DNA of 53,363 nt, taken from assembly GCA_964568345.1 (NCBI GenBank), contig CAZMPG010000001.1, forward strand, positions 1-53,363, in the 5' to 3' direction. Below are positions 1-7,767 of the stretch, piece by piece. Numbering within the stretch: position 1 is the stretch's first letter; every line of letters begins with the position of its first letter. Source of the DNA: an uncultured Candidatus Saccharibacteria bacterium. GTDB taxonomy: Bacteria; Patescibacteriota; Minisyncoccia; Phycocordibacterales; UBA12088. Both the position numbers and the translations under genes were made by a program. The notes under the pieces are model-generated. The model worked only from the letters and a program-made list of their open reading frames with translations, was not told the DNA's origin and did not search any database.

Positions 1-362
1 GCCCTCACTGGGAAGCGTACATTTTTGGTCGCGCGACAACCTGCTCACCCCCAGTGCACTTCCGAGCGCTCGACAGAATAGCCAACAGGTCAATCTCGCC
101 AGCGGAGCTTGGTCTCCTCACCGAGAATCGAAGGTGTACCATTGATATCCAGACGCATCAAAACGGTCATGCCTTCAATGTGGTGACCACCATTGTGGAG
201 GGTCAGGGGGAGAAAAGCATGACTGAGCGGTACCACTTGCTGGGGTGCATGGAGGTACCGGAGGGAAAAACGTACTGGATCTACGCGAGCAACACGGAAA
301 ACACTCGCCTCTGTGGGACAGAACGAGCTCGTGGTGTAGTACCAGCAATCCAGAGGTGCTAA
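1..362 (+). CDS. 3' end of an unidentified protein-coding gene (partial, open to the window edge)
   Basis: Frame 3 has no stop codon from nt 3 to the TAA at 360-362. A strong terminator hairpin follows 6 nt downstream. No family recognised. Confidence 0.35.
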   Translation, partial: PHWEAYIFGRATTCSPPVHFRALDRIANRSISPAELGLLTENRRCTIDIQTHQNGHAFNVVTTIVEGQGEKSMTERYHLLGCMEVPEGKTYWIYASNTENTRLCGTERARGVVPAIQRC

Positions 363-367
363 CCCAC

Positions 368-403
368 AGGGGTCGCATAACTTCGTGCGACCCCTATTTG
401 TTT
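368..403 (+). terminator. Rho-independent terminator-like hairpin
   Basis: Perfect 10-bp stem AGGGGTCGCA (368-377) / TGCGACCCCT (386-395) with an 8-nt loop, followed by ATTTGTTT. Confidence 0.6.
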
Positions 404-638
404 ACCTCACCGAGGACTTGCGCGATATTCAAGAATACGGCTTGAAACCTAGCATCCGCCCACCTTTTCTACACAAAACAAAGCCCCGTTCTATGGGGTC
501 GCTATACAACCGAGGACGAGCGCGGGGTGCGCGGCTTCCTCAGCCCATGAGCACGAACCAAAGCATTGGTAGCGTCGTGTAGCTAGCACACCAAAACCCC
601 AGGCTGAGTAGCGGGCTTTGAAGAAGCCCTTCGGGAGG

Positions 639-896
639 TTATTTCCCTGCAACAATACGCGCGAGGTGAGACTTCTTGCGCGCCGCGGTGTTCGCTTTGA
701 TGACACCGCGCTTGGCCGCTTTATCAATAGCTTTGTACGCACCCGCGAGGAGCGTTGCAGCATCGGTGCGCTTCTCGTGCACCGCACCCACCACCTCCTT
801 CACCGCAGCCTTCATGGCGCGATTGCGACGCACGTTGAAGATGCGCTTCCGCTCGCTCACCCGCTGTGCTTTCGTTGCCGATGTCGTAATGGGCAT
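639..896 (-). CDS. rpsT: 30S ribosomal protein S20
   Basis: 85-aa basic protein MPITTSATKAQRVSERKRIFNVRRNRAMKAAVKE...KANTAARKKSHLAR, the typical S20 pattern. Confidence 0.9.
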   Translation of the reverse strand: MPITTSATKAQRVSERKRIFNVRRNRAMKAAVKEVVGAVHEKRTDAATLLAGAYKAIDKAAKRGVIKANTAARKKSHLARIVAGK

Positions 897-942
897 AGGA
901 GAGAAGATACCATACTGTGCCTGGAACGCAAGGGTGACGGCA

Positions 943-1203
943 GTAACTATTCACCTTTTCCCAGCAACTATCCTCGAATAACCGTTTCGCGTCGTCATTG
1001 CGAGGAGCTTGCGACGAAGCAATCCACGGGTATACCCCATGCGGTACGCATTATGGATTACTTCCCGCCACGCTCCGCTCGCGGCTAAAGATCTGCGGTC
1101 ATACCGCCTGTGGCGGGGGCCTGCCCCGCCACAGGCGGGGGCTCGCAAAGACAAGAAAAACCGCCGATATATTCACACTCACTGGGAATAGGTGAATAGG
1201 TAC
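943..1203. repeat. MITE-like non-coding element, copy A, with ~22-bp terminal inverted repeats and an internal 15-bp hairpin
   Basis: 5' end is GTAACTATTCACCTTTTCCCAG (943-964). The reverse complement of the 3' end (1182-1203) is GTACCTATTCACCTATTCCCAG. Internal perfect hairpin CCGCCTGTGGCGGGG (1104-1118) / CCCCGCCACAGGCGG (1124-1138). Homologous in inverted orientation to 49058-49258. Lies between the divergent rpsT and ruvA promoters. Confidence 0.6.
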
Positions 1204-1292
1204 TGGCGGCAAGATTTCTTCTTTCCTCTTTTACTTTTCCCTTTCCTCTCGTCCATTCCCTTCCCCCACGCCCTGCGCTATGATTGCCATAC

Positions 1293-1868
1293 ATGATCGC
1301 CCGCCTCTCCGGAACCGTGTATGCAACCCGTCCGAGCTACCTCACCCTCGACGTGCACGGCGTGGGGTACAAGGTGTACGCCACCGAGCGCCTCCTCTCC
1401 TCGCTTACCGCCGGTGACTCGTGCTCGCTCGCAACGCACCTTGCGGTACGCGAGGACGCGCTCGACCTCTTCGGCTTCCCCTCTGACGACGAGCTCGAGC
1501 TCTTTCGCCTCCTCATCGGCATAAGCGGCATCGGCCCGCGCTCCGCGCTTGCTATCCTCGGCCTCGAAACCCCTGAAAAGCTCGTACGGGCCATTGCCCA
1601 GGGAGACGTGGGCTACCTCACCAAGGTGAGCGGGGTGGGAAAGAAGAGTGCAGAGAAGATCGTGCTCGAGCTCCGCGACAAGGTGCAGACGATGCAGATT
1701 GCGGACGCCCATCCGCTCCAGCTCGTGGACGCTGACGTACTCGAAGCACTCCTCTCGCTCGGCTACCGCGCCGACGAGGCGCGCGAGGCGCTCCGCACTC
1801 TTCCCCCCACCCTCACCGACCAGGGTGCGCGCGTCAAGGAAGCGCTCCGCACACTCTCGCGCGGGTGA
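1293..1868 (+). CDS. ruvA: Holliday junction branch migration complex subunit RuvA
   Basis: MIARLSGTV...LDVHGVGYKV...GISGIGPRSALAIL...VSGVGKKSAEKIVLELRDK, the RuvA OB fold plus HhH motifs. The ATG at 1293 is preferred over the TTG at 1284 in the track; TATGAT lies 8 nt upstream. Confidence 0.9.
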   Translation: MIARLSGTVYATRPSYLTLDVHGVGYKVYATERLLSSLTAGDSCSLATHLAVREDALDLFGFPSDDELELFRLLIGISGIGPRSALAILGLETPEKLVRAIAQGDVGYLTKVSGVGKKSAEKIVLELRDKVQTMQIADAHPLQLVDADVLEALLSLGYRADEAREALRTLPPTLTDQGARVKEALRTLSRG

Positions 1869-3151
1869 CACCCCGCCACACGACTATGCACATCCTCGCC
1901 ACCATCCGCTCCTGCATCCCGAAGCGCCTCTTCCGGGCGCTCCAACCCTCCTACCACAGCGCGCTTGCGAGCATTGCGGCACTCCGATACCGCTTCCCGT
2001 CGCGCACACTCTTTGTGATCGGCGTCACCGGCACCAAGGGCAAGAGCACGACGACCGAACTCATCGCGGCGATACTCGAAGAGGCTGGGTGCAGTGTTGC
2101 GCTCTCGAACACCATACGCTTCAAGGTGGGGGACGTGAGCGAGCCAAACCTCTACAAGATGAGCATGCCCGGGCGCTTTTTCCTGCAGCATTTCCTCGCG
2201 CGCGCTCGAGCTGCGGGGTGTACCCACGCGGTCGTGGAGCTCACGAGCGAGGGCGCAAAGCTCATGCGCCACAAGCACCTCGAGCTTGACGCACTCGTCT
2301 TCACGAACCTCTCCCCCGAGCACATCGAGAGCCATGGGTCGTTCGAAGCGTACCGTGATGCGAAGCTTTCCTTCCGCGATGCGCTCATCACCTCGCCGAA
2401 GCCGCGCAAGGTGGTGGTGGCAAACAGCGACGACGCTCATGGTGCGCGCTTCCTCGAGGTCCCAGAAACCATTGCGCGAAGGCCCTACGCCCTGCGAAAT
2501 GCCGAGCCACATGCAGAAAATGAGCGTGGCATCCTCCTCACCCTCGAGGGCGTCTCCATCCACTCGCCACTCGTCGGCACCTTCAACCTCTCCAACATTC
2601 TCGCGGCGGCAACGCTCGCACGCGCCCTCGGCATCCCCACCGAAACGATCAAACGGGCTGTTGAAAAGCTCTCACTTGTGAAGGGGCGCGTGGAGCGGGT
2701 AGAGGAGGGCCAACCGTTCACCGTGATCGTGGACTACGCCCACACCGCCGACTCGCTCGAGCAGCTCTACCGAGCATTTCCCCGCGAGCGCAAGCTCTGT
2801 GTCCTGGGGAGCTGTGGCGGAGGGCGCGATACCGGAAAGCGGCCGGCAATGGCAAAGATTGCCGAAACGCACTGCGCCGAGGTGGTGCTCACGAACGAAG
2901 ACCCCTACGACGAGGATCCTGAAAAGATCGTACGCGAGATGACTGCCGGGATGGAGAAGCAGCCAACCGTCATCATGAACCGCCGCGAAGCGATTCGCTA
3001 CGCGCTCTCACGGGCGCACAAGGGTGATGCCGTTCTTATAACCGGCAAGGGCACCGACCCCTACATCATGGGCCCCCGAGGGCAAAAAACACCCTGGAGC
3101 GATGAGCAGGTGGCGCGGGAGGAACTGCGCGCATTGCAGGGAGTGGTATAA
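1865..3151 (+). CDS. murE: Mur ligase family protein, MurE-like (UDP-MurNAc-tripeptide synthetase), short form
   Basis: P-loop GVTGTKGKSTT; ELTSEGAKL...FTNLSPEHIESHGSFEAYRDAKL; VDYAHTADSLE; GCGGGRDTGKRP. The GTG at 1865 overlaps the ruvA stop; an alternative ATG is at 1886. Confidence 0.8.
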   Translation: MTPRHTTMHILATIRSCIPKRLFRALQPSYHSALASIAALRYRFPSRTLFVIGVTGTKGKSTTTELIAAILEEAGCSVALSNTIRFKVGDVSEPNLYKMSMPGRFFLQHFLARARAAGCTHAVVELTSEGAKLMRHKHLELDALVFTNLSPEHIESHGSFEAYRDAKLSFRDALITSPKPRKVVVANSDDAHGARFLEVPETIARRPYALRNAEPHAENERGILLTLEGVSIHSPLVGTFNLSNILAAATLARALGIPTETIKRAVEKLSLVKGRVERVEEGQPFTVIVDYAHTADSLEQLYRAFPRERKLCVLGSCGGGRDTGKRPAMAKIAETHCAEVVLTNEDPYDEDPEKIVREMTAGMEKQPTVIMNRREAIRYALSRAHKGDAVLITGKGTDPYIMGPRGQKTPWSDEQVAREELRALQGVV

Positions 3152-3188
3152 TCCGGTTGTTGCAACTTTCTTTTGCCATGCCACTTGC

Positions 3189-4100
3189 ATGAAGTTTGTG
3201 TTTGCGATCTGTGTCTTTTTTTGCCTGAAGGGCGCACTCCTCGTGCAGCTGAGTGCGTTTGATATGCTTGCAACGACCGACGGATCGCCCCTGGGGCTCG
3301 TGCTTGCTATTGCTGCGTGTTTTGTTTTGTTCGGGTACGCGCTTGTGCGTACCGACTCGTTTTTTACCACAACAACAAGGATCGCGCTCTTCTTCGTTCC
3401 ATCTATCGTGGCGCTGTGGTCGGCTACGGTACTGGGGAGGACGATCTCCGCATGGGGCACCGCGACACTGGTGCTTTTACCGGCACAATTCCTCGTGTAT
3501 CCACGCGGTCGCTTATTTCTACAAACATGGTTCACCTCGAACACGAACATCCTTTGGGTATTCCCCATATTTACCATTCTCGCCTTTCACCTCATTGGTG
3601 TCGATGAGCTTGCACGCACGACAGTGGCAAGCACTGGGCTGCTACTTGTCCTCCTCATGGAGTGTGAGGTCTATAGTTCGTTTGGAAGCGGAGCGGCTCG
3701 TAGCAAGGTTGCATTATGCGCCGCATCATCAGTACTCACGGGGACACTGTACGTGCTCTTCCCCACACAAATCAGCGCACTCGCACTTTGTACCAGCATC
3801 TCTATTTCCATTACAGCATGTCTTGTAGCAGTGGTGACACCCTCCGGGGTGAGGGTACGCTCATCCCAAACACCACCCATCGCAATACTTTTGGGGGTGC
3901 TTTTCATTGCAGCAGCGACCATTCCGGCACTGTTACTATTCACCGGGAGAGACGTGGTGATAAAAGCCGTCATGGTAGGTAACCCAGCGATACTTGCCGG
4001 CTCTTTGCTTTTTGCAGGACTTAGCCTGCTGCCGATTGGCTCTTGGCTTGGAGCGAGCATGCGCCGTCTCCGGGGCAACCAGTACGTGAGTGAGGGGTAG
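3189..4100 (+). CDS. Polytopic membrane protein, unknown function
   Basis: About 8 or more hydrophobic segments. The ATG at 3189 (MKFVFAICVFF) lies after the murE stop. TGGTATAAT at 3144-3152 looks like an extended -10. No family recognised. Confidence 0.55.
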   Translation: MKFVFAICVFFCLKGALLVQLSAFDMLATTDGSPLGLVLAIAACFVLFGYALVRTDSFFTTTTRIALFFVPSIVALWSATVLGRTISAWGTATLVLLPAQFLVYPRGRLFLQTWFTSNTNILWVFPIFTILAFHLIGVDELARTTVASTGLLLVLLMECEVYSSFGSGAARSKVALCAASSVLTGTLYVLFPTQISALALCTSISISITACLVAVVTPSGVRVRSSQTPPIAILLGVLFIAAATIPALLLFTGRDVVIKAVMVGNPAILAGSLLFAGLSLLPIGSWLGASMRRLRGNQYVSEG

Positions 4101-4129
4101 GTACGCTACCGCCTTTCCAAACCCTCCTC

Positions 4130-4597
4130 CTACCGCATCACCCCGTAGAGCACCACCCCCGCCGCGACGCTCACGTTGAGCGACTCTTTCGTGCCGCGCA
4201 TGGGGATCTCGACGATTGCGTCGCACTGGTCAAGGAGGTCGTGCGGCACGCCGCGCACCTCATCGCCGAGGATGAGTGCGGTCGGCCGATCGAGCACAAG
4301 CGACGTGTACGGTTTTGAGCGTGGGTCCTGCTCAAGCGCCACCACGCGCACGCTGGCAGCACGGAGCTTCGCTACGAGCGTCGCCGTATCCTCGGCCTGC
4401 TCCCAGTGCACACTCTCCTCTGCGCCAAGTGCGACCTTTGCGACTGCCGCACACTTTCTGCCAAAGCGGTCCACCGGCGCCGGAGTGCAGCCGCAGAGGT
4501 ACACCGTATGTACCCCCGCTCCGTCTGCGGTGCGCAGGATTGCACCGACGTTGTGAGTGCTCCGCACGTTGTGGAGAATGAGCGAAAGTGGATGCAT
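4130..4597 (-). CDS. SpoU/TrmH family RNA 2'-O-methyltransferase
   Basis: LHNVRSTHNVGAILRTADGAG...LILGDEVRGV...IPMRGTKESLNVSVAAGVVLY, the SPOUT motifs. Confidence 0.85.
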   Translation of the reverse strand: MHPLSLILHNVRSTHNVGAILRTADGAGVHTVYLCGCTPAPVDRFGRKCAAVAKVALGAEESVHWEQAEDTATLVAKLRAASVRVVALEQDPRSKPYTSLVLDRPTALILGDEVRGVPHDLLDQCDAIVEIPMRGTKESLNVSVAAGVVLYGVMR

Positions 4598-4669
4598 GGT
4601 GCTAGCATACCTGCACCAGGAATCTTTGCACGTTCGACAAAGCGGTGCCGGTATCGTACCATGGCGCTA

Positions 4670-4742
4670 CCGCCCATAGCTCAGTTGGTAGAGCTGCTCC
4701 CTTTTAAGGAGATGGTCGAAGGTTCGAGTCCTTCTGGGCGGA
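4670..4742 (+). tRNA. tRNA-Lys (anticodon UUU)
   Basis: Manual cloverleaf: acceptor CCGCCCA/TGGGCGG, D arm GCTC-AGTTGGTA-GAGC, anticodon loop CTTTTAA, T arm GAAGG-TTCGAGT-CCTTC, discriminator A. CCA is not encoded. Confidence 0.85.
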
Positions 4743-4879
4743 CTTGAGCAAGACAAGTCCGAGGCGGAGACATGTTCTTGCGACCCCGAGGAGCAAGAAC
4801 AGTCGATCCGGGGTCGCGAGCACTTGGCAGAATTGGAGCGAAGCGAACAATTCTGCTTAGTGACTCGTGACGACAAGGA

Positions 4880-4914
4880 AACAACAAAGCGCGCAGTGGG
4901 CGCGCTTTGTTGTT
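4880..4914 (+). terminator. Strong hairpin downstream of tRNA-Lys
   Basis: 15-bp stem AACAACAAAGCGCGC (4880-4894) / GCGCGCTTTGTTGTT (4900-4914), 5-nt loop. Confidence 0.5.
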
Positions 4915-4958
4915 GACGAGGACGCCCAGAGCACGGTGCCTGCGCACCGTGCGTAAGG

Positions 4959-5450
4959 ATGAGAAAAGTGAGGGTATGGTGCAGTTTGCTGTACCCAAGT
5001 AAGCATGCTACCATGCGAAACGGTTCCAAGCGGAGAAAAACGATGTACGAGAAAAGCACTCACCTCGCCGCACTACATGAGGTGGAAGGTCTACTCCCGG
5101 ATAGCGAAACTGCCAGCACCCTTGCCCGCAAAATGCTAGACCATGCTGTAAGGGAAATCGAGGTGCTTTACCTCAGGACACAGGACAATTTCGCACAAAT
5201 GCGGAAAACGTTCGCGGCGTCTACACCGCCCCCACCGTCCCCCAATCTCCACCTCTCAGAAGACAGGGAGTTGGTCATGAAGCTGCGGGAGGAAGACCAC
5301 CGTGCCGATGGGGAGGCAATGGCAAAGCGCCACGCCCAGACCTTGGGTGCCATGGCCGACATTGCACTGCCCATCCTCACCGCTATCGGCGTGAGGGAGG
5401 AAACGGCTCAGCGTCTCATCAGCGAGATTGCTGGCAAAACGCCCCGGTAA
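4959..5450 (+). CDS. Hypothetical protein (start uncertain; alternative ATGs at 5011 and 5044)
   Basis: The only sizeable ORF in a visibly lower-GC stretch after tRNA-Lys. A terminator follows it. No family recognised. Confidence 0.35.
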   Translation: MRKVRVWCSLLYPSKHATMRNGSKRRKTMYEKSTHLAALHEVEGLLPDSETASTLARKMLDHAVREIEVLYLRTQDNFAQMRKTFAASTPPPPSPNLHLSEDRELVMKLREEDHRADGEAMAKRHAQTLGAMADIALPILTAIGVREETAQRLISEIAGKTPR

Positions 5451-5458
5451 GCAACAGG

Positions 5459-5489
5459 GACCCCGCGAAACATCGCGGGGTCGTTTCGT
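5459..5489. terminator. Bidirectional terminator-like hairpin between convergent genes
   Basis: GACCCCGCG (5459-5467) / CGCGGGGTC (5474-5482), loop AAACAT, followed by GTTTCGT. Confidence 0.6.
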
Positions 5490-5493
5490 AGCA

Positions 5494-6468
5494 CTAATCC
5501 CACCCGTACCCATTCCCAAAGTGGCCGTAGCGAGCGGTCGGGAGGTACTGGGGGCGGCGGAGGTCGAGCTGCTCGATGATGGCACGCGGGCGCAGGTCGT
5601 AGCCCACGACCGGCTCTTCCCTGCCGTCAATGCGCACCACCGCAGCAACCGGCTCCGCCTGGCCGATAGCGTACGCAAGGAATGCCATGGCTTCGCGCGC
5701 GCCGCGCCGCACGTAGTCTGCTGCCACCTTGCGCGCCATGTACGCCGCACTCCGATCCACCTTCGTAGCATCCTTGCCGGAGAATGCGCCGCCACCGACC
5801 GGCACCTTCGGCCCGTACGCATCCACGACGATCTTCCTCCCCGTGAGGCCGGTGTCCGCGGCAAAGCCGCCGATACTCCACGACCCGTTCGGGTTCTTGG
5901 TCCACGCACGATCTATGCTGATTCCGTCGCGGAGGTACGGAGCAACGGTTGTGACCGCTGTGCGGAGGAGCTCCTCGGGGTACTCGCCACACACCGATGT
6001 GAGGAATGACACCACCCTCCCGTCCTCGACCGTCACCTGCGCTTTGCCATCACGCTCCCCCATCGCCCGCACGAGCGCGCGGGCAAGCGAGACCTCGAGC
6101 GGCATGAGCTCCGGCGTCTCCGCAGACGCATACCCCACCATGATACCCTGGTCGCCCGCGCCATCCTGGTCTACCCCCGCCCCTATTTCGGGCGACTGCT
6201 GCACGAGGGTGACGTTGATGTCGAGCGAATCGGTGTGGCCACACGAGCGGTACACCTCCCGTGCGATGTCTGCCATGCGTGCCTCGGTGATGGGCGCAAC
6301 GGTGGTGAGTTCACCAACGATGAAGAGCTTGCCGTGCCCTCCCAGAACCTCGACCGCAGCCCGGGTGCGCGGATCAAAGGTGAGGCATTCGTCGAGGATC
6401 GCGTCTGCTATCTGGTCGCACACCTTGTCGGGGTGGCCAACAGCGACCGCTTCAGCGGTGTGGAGCAT
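5494..6468 (-). CDS. metK: S-adenosylmethionine synthetase
   Basis: MLHTAEAVAVGHPDKVCDQIADAILDE..., GAGDQGIM, GGGAFSGKDATKVDRSAAY. The start at 6468 (MLHTAE) is preferred over the extended ORF start at 6534. Confidence 0.9.
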   Translation of the reverse strand: MLHTAEAVAVGHPDKVCDQIADAILDECLTFDPRTRAAVEVLGGHGKLFIVGELTTVAPITEARMADIAREVYRSCGHTDSLDINVTLVQQSPEIGAGVDQDGAGDQGIMVGYASAETPELMPLEVSLARALVRAMGERDGKAQVTVEDGRVVSFLTSVCGEYPEELLRTAVTTVAPYLRDGISIDRAWTKNPNGSWSIGGFAADTGLTGRKIVVDAYGPKVPVGGGAFSGKDATKVDRSAAYMARKVAADYVRRGAREAMAFLAYAIGQAEPVAAVVRIDGREEPVVGYDLRPRAIIEQLDLRRPQYLPTARYGHFGNGYGWD

Positions 6469-6577
6469 GGGGTACGGGTGAATGGTAATGGCCCTAGTAT
6501 ACACTACCGTCACGGTGTCGAGACAACCGGCCACGGCGTAACGAGCCGCTTGCCCCTACACGGCGAACCGCTGTACC

Positions 6578-6895
6578 ATGTCTTCGATGGACGATACTTC
6601 TCACGCAAACATCGCACAGGAGCAAGGACCGAACGTGGACTTCCCCCAGCACAAGCAGCAAAGCGCTGTGGAAGCCTTTTCACCCCTGCAGCAAAAACGT
6701 CCGCAGCATCCACTCCTGCGCACGGGTGGGTACTGGTTTCTGTTTCTGTGCATCCTGCTCTTCCTCATCTTTAGGGAAAACGATGCGCAGGACACCGATT
6801 CCCTGATTGCCGCCTCGGGACTCTCGCTACTCCTCGCTCCTGTCTTTGCCATTTTCACCAAGTGGATTGGTGAGGTGCGGGGGACGTGGGGATGA
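6578..6895 (+). CDS. Small membrane protein, unknown function
   Basis: 105-aa ORF with two hydrophobic segments (YWFLFLCILLFLIF; GLSLLLAPVFAIF). No family recognised. Confidence 0.4.
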   Translation: MSSMDDTSHANIAQEQGPNVDFPQHKQQSAVEAFSPLQQKRPQHPLLRTGGYWFLFLCILLFLIFRENDAQDTDSLIAASGLSLLLAPVFAIFTKWIGEVRGTWG

Positions 6896-6964
6896 CGCCC
6901 AAGCTACGCCGCCGTGGTTCAACCTGCTTCATGTAGCTCTACCGCAGCACGTGCCGGTATGCAT

Positions 6965-6990
6965 GTATCGCCCTTGGCGATACAGTTTTC
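6965..6990. terminator. Terminator-like hairpin in a convergent intergenic region
   Basis: GTATCGCC (6965-6972) / GGCGATAC (6976-6983), 3-nt loop, then AGTTTTC. Confidence 0.4.
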
Positions 6991-7052
6991 ACTCGCTGTT
7001 CCTTTTGGGATTCTGTCGTTCGTGGTGGGGTAGATACACCAGCGTCACACGT

Positions 7053-7766
7053 TCATATCCCAAGTATCCACCGCTCGAGCCCGACGTCGAGGTCGAGGGT
7101 GCCGCGATGCGCATCGTGGTAGAGCGCGATGAGAGCTCGAGCGTAGGAAACAAGCTCGTCACGGGTAAATACCCGTGCCTGCCGGCGGAACTTCCCGTAC
7201 GTAAAATCCTTCATCCCTGCGTCTGTCGCGCAGGGCGCGTGCTGCGCGGCGAGGAGGCTCCGCAGCGCCCAATGGAGCGTGCCACAGAGGTTCTCTGGCT
7301 CCACCCCAGCACGACGCGCAGCGCGGTACGCAACCCAGAGCCCACGCCGGTCGCGTACGGCGAGCGCATCGGCAAGCGCGAATACATTGAAATCCTGCGG
7401 CTTCCGCCCGCCACCGCCACACTCCTCGATGGTCGTCGCATGGCGCTCGAGCTCGCGCTTTTCAGCAACAAGCACCTTCCCCTCAGTGAGCACAAACAGG
7501 TGGTCTGATGCGGCAAACCGCTCGAGGCGCGCAAGGGTGAGGTCGCGGCTCGCCGCATCGGCAAACGGCTCCCTGATGACAACGACGTGCCGCTCGACGA
7601 AGAGCCCTCGCGCCTCGACGAGCTCGTCGAGTGCCCCCGCACTATCGAGGGGACCCTCGAAGGTAAATAGCTGTGCGCCTGGGTGCTTCTCGCGCAACTC
7701 GGCGACAAGCCTATGCGCCCGGTCAGCAACAGTACGCGTATCGGCGCCATGGAAGACGTAGAGCAT
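7053..7766 (-). CDS. holA: DNA polymerase III delta subunit-like protein (short form)
   Basis: N-terminus MLYVFHGAD...; C-terminal FALADALAVRDRRGLWVAYRAARRAGVEPENLCGTLHWALRSLL resembles the delta-subunit helical domain. Lies immediately upstream of polA in the same operon. Confidence 0.6.
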   Translation of the reverse strand: MLYVFHGADTRTVADRAHRLVAELREKHPGAQLFTFEGPLDSAGALDELVEARGLFVERHVVVIREPFADAASRDLTLARLERFAASDHLFVLTEGKVLVAEKRELERHATTIEECGGGGRKPQDFNVFALADALAVRDRRGLWVAYRAARRAGVEPENLCGTLHWALRSLLAAQHAPCATDAGMKDFTYGKFRRQARVFTRDELVSYARALIALYHDAHRGTLDLDVGLERWILGI

Positions 7767-7767
7767 A

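Noticed and set aside
363-638. Possible small RNA in the 276-bp convergent spacer downstream of rpsT.
   Set aside because: It contains only weak, short hairpins (for example GGGCTT/AAGCCC at 613-629). No repeat, promoter-like box or conserved motif was recognised, so the evidence is insufficient.
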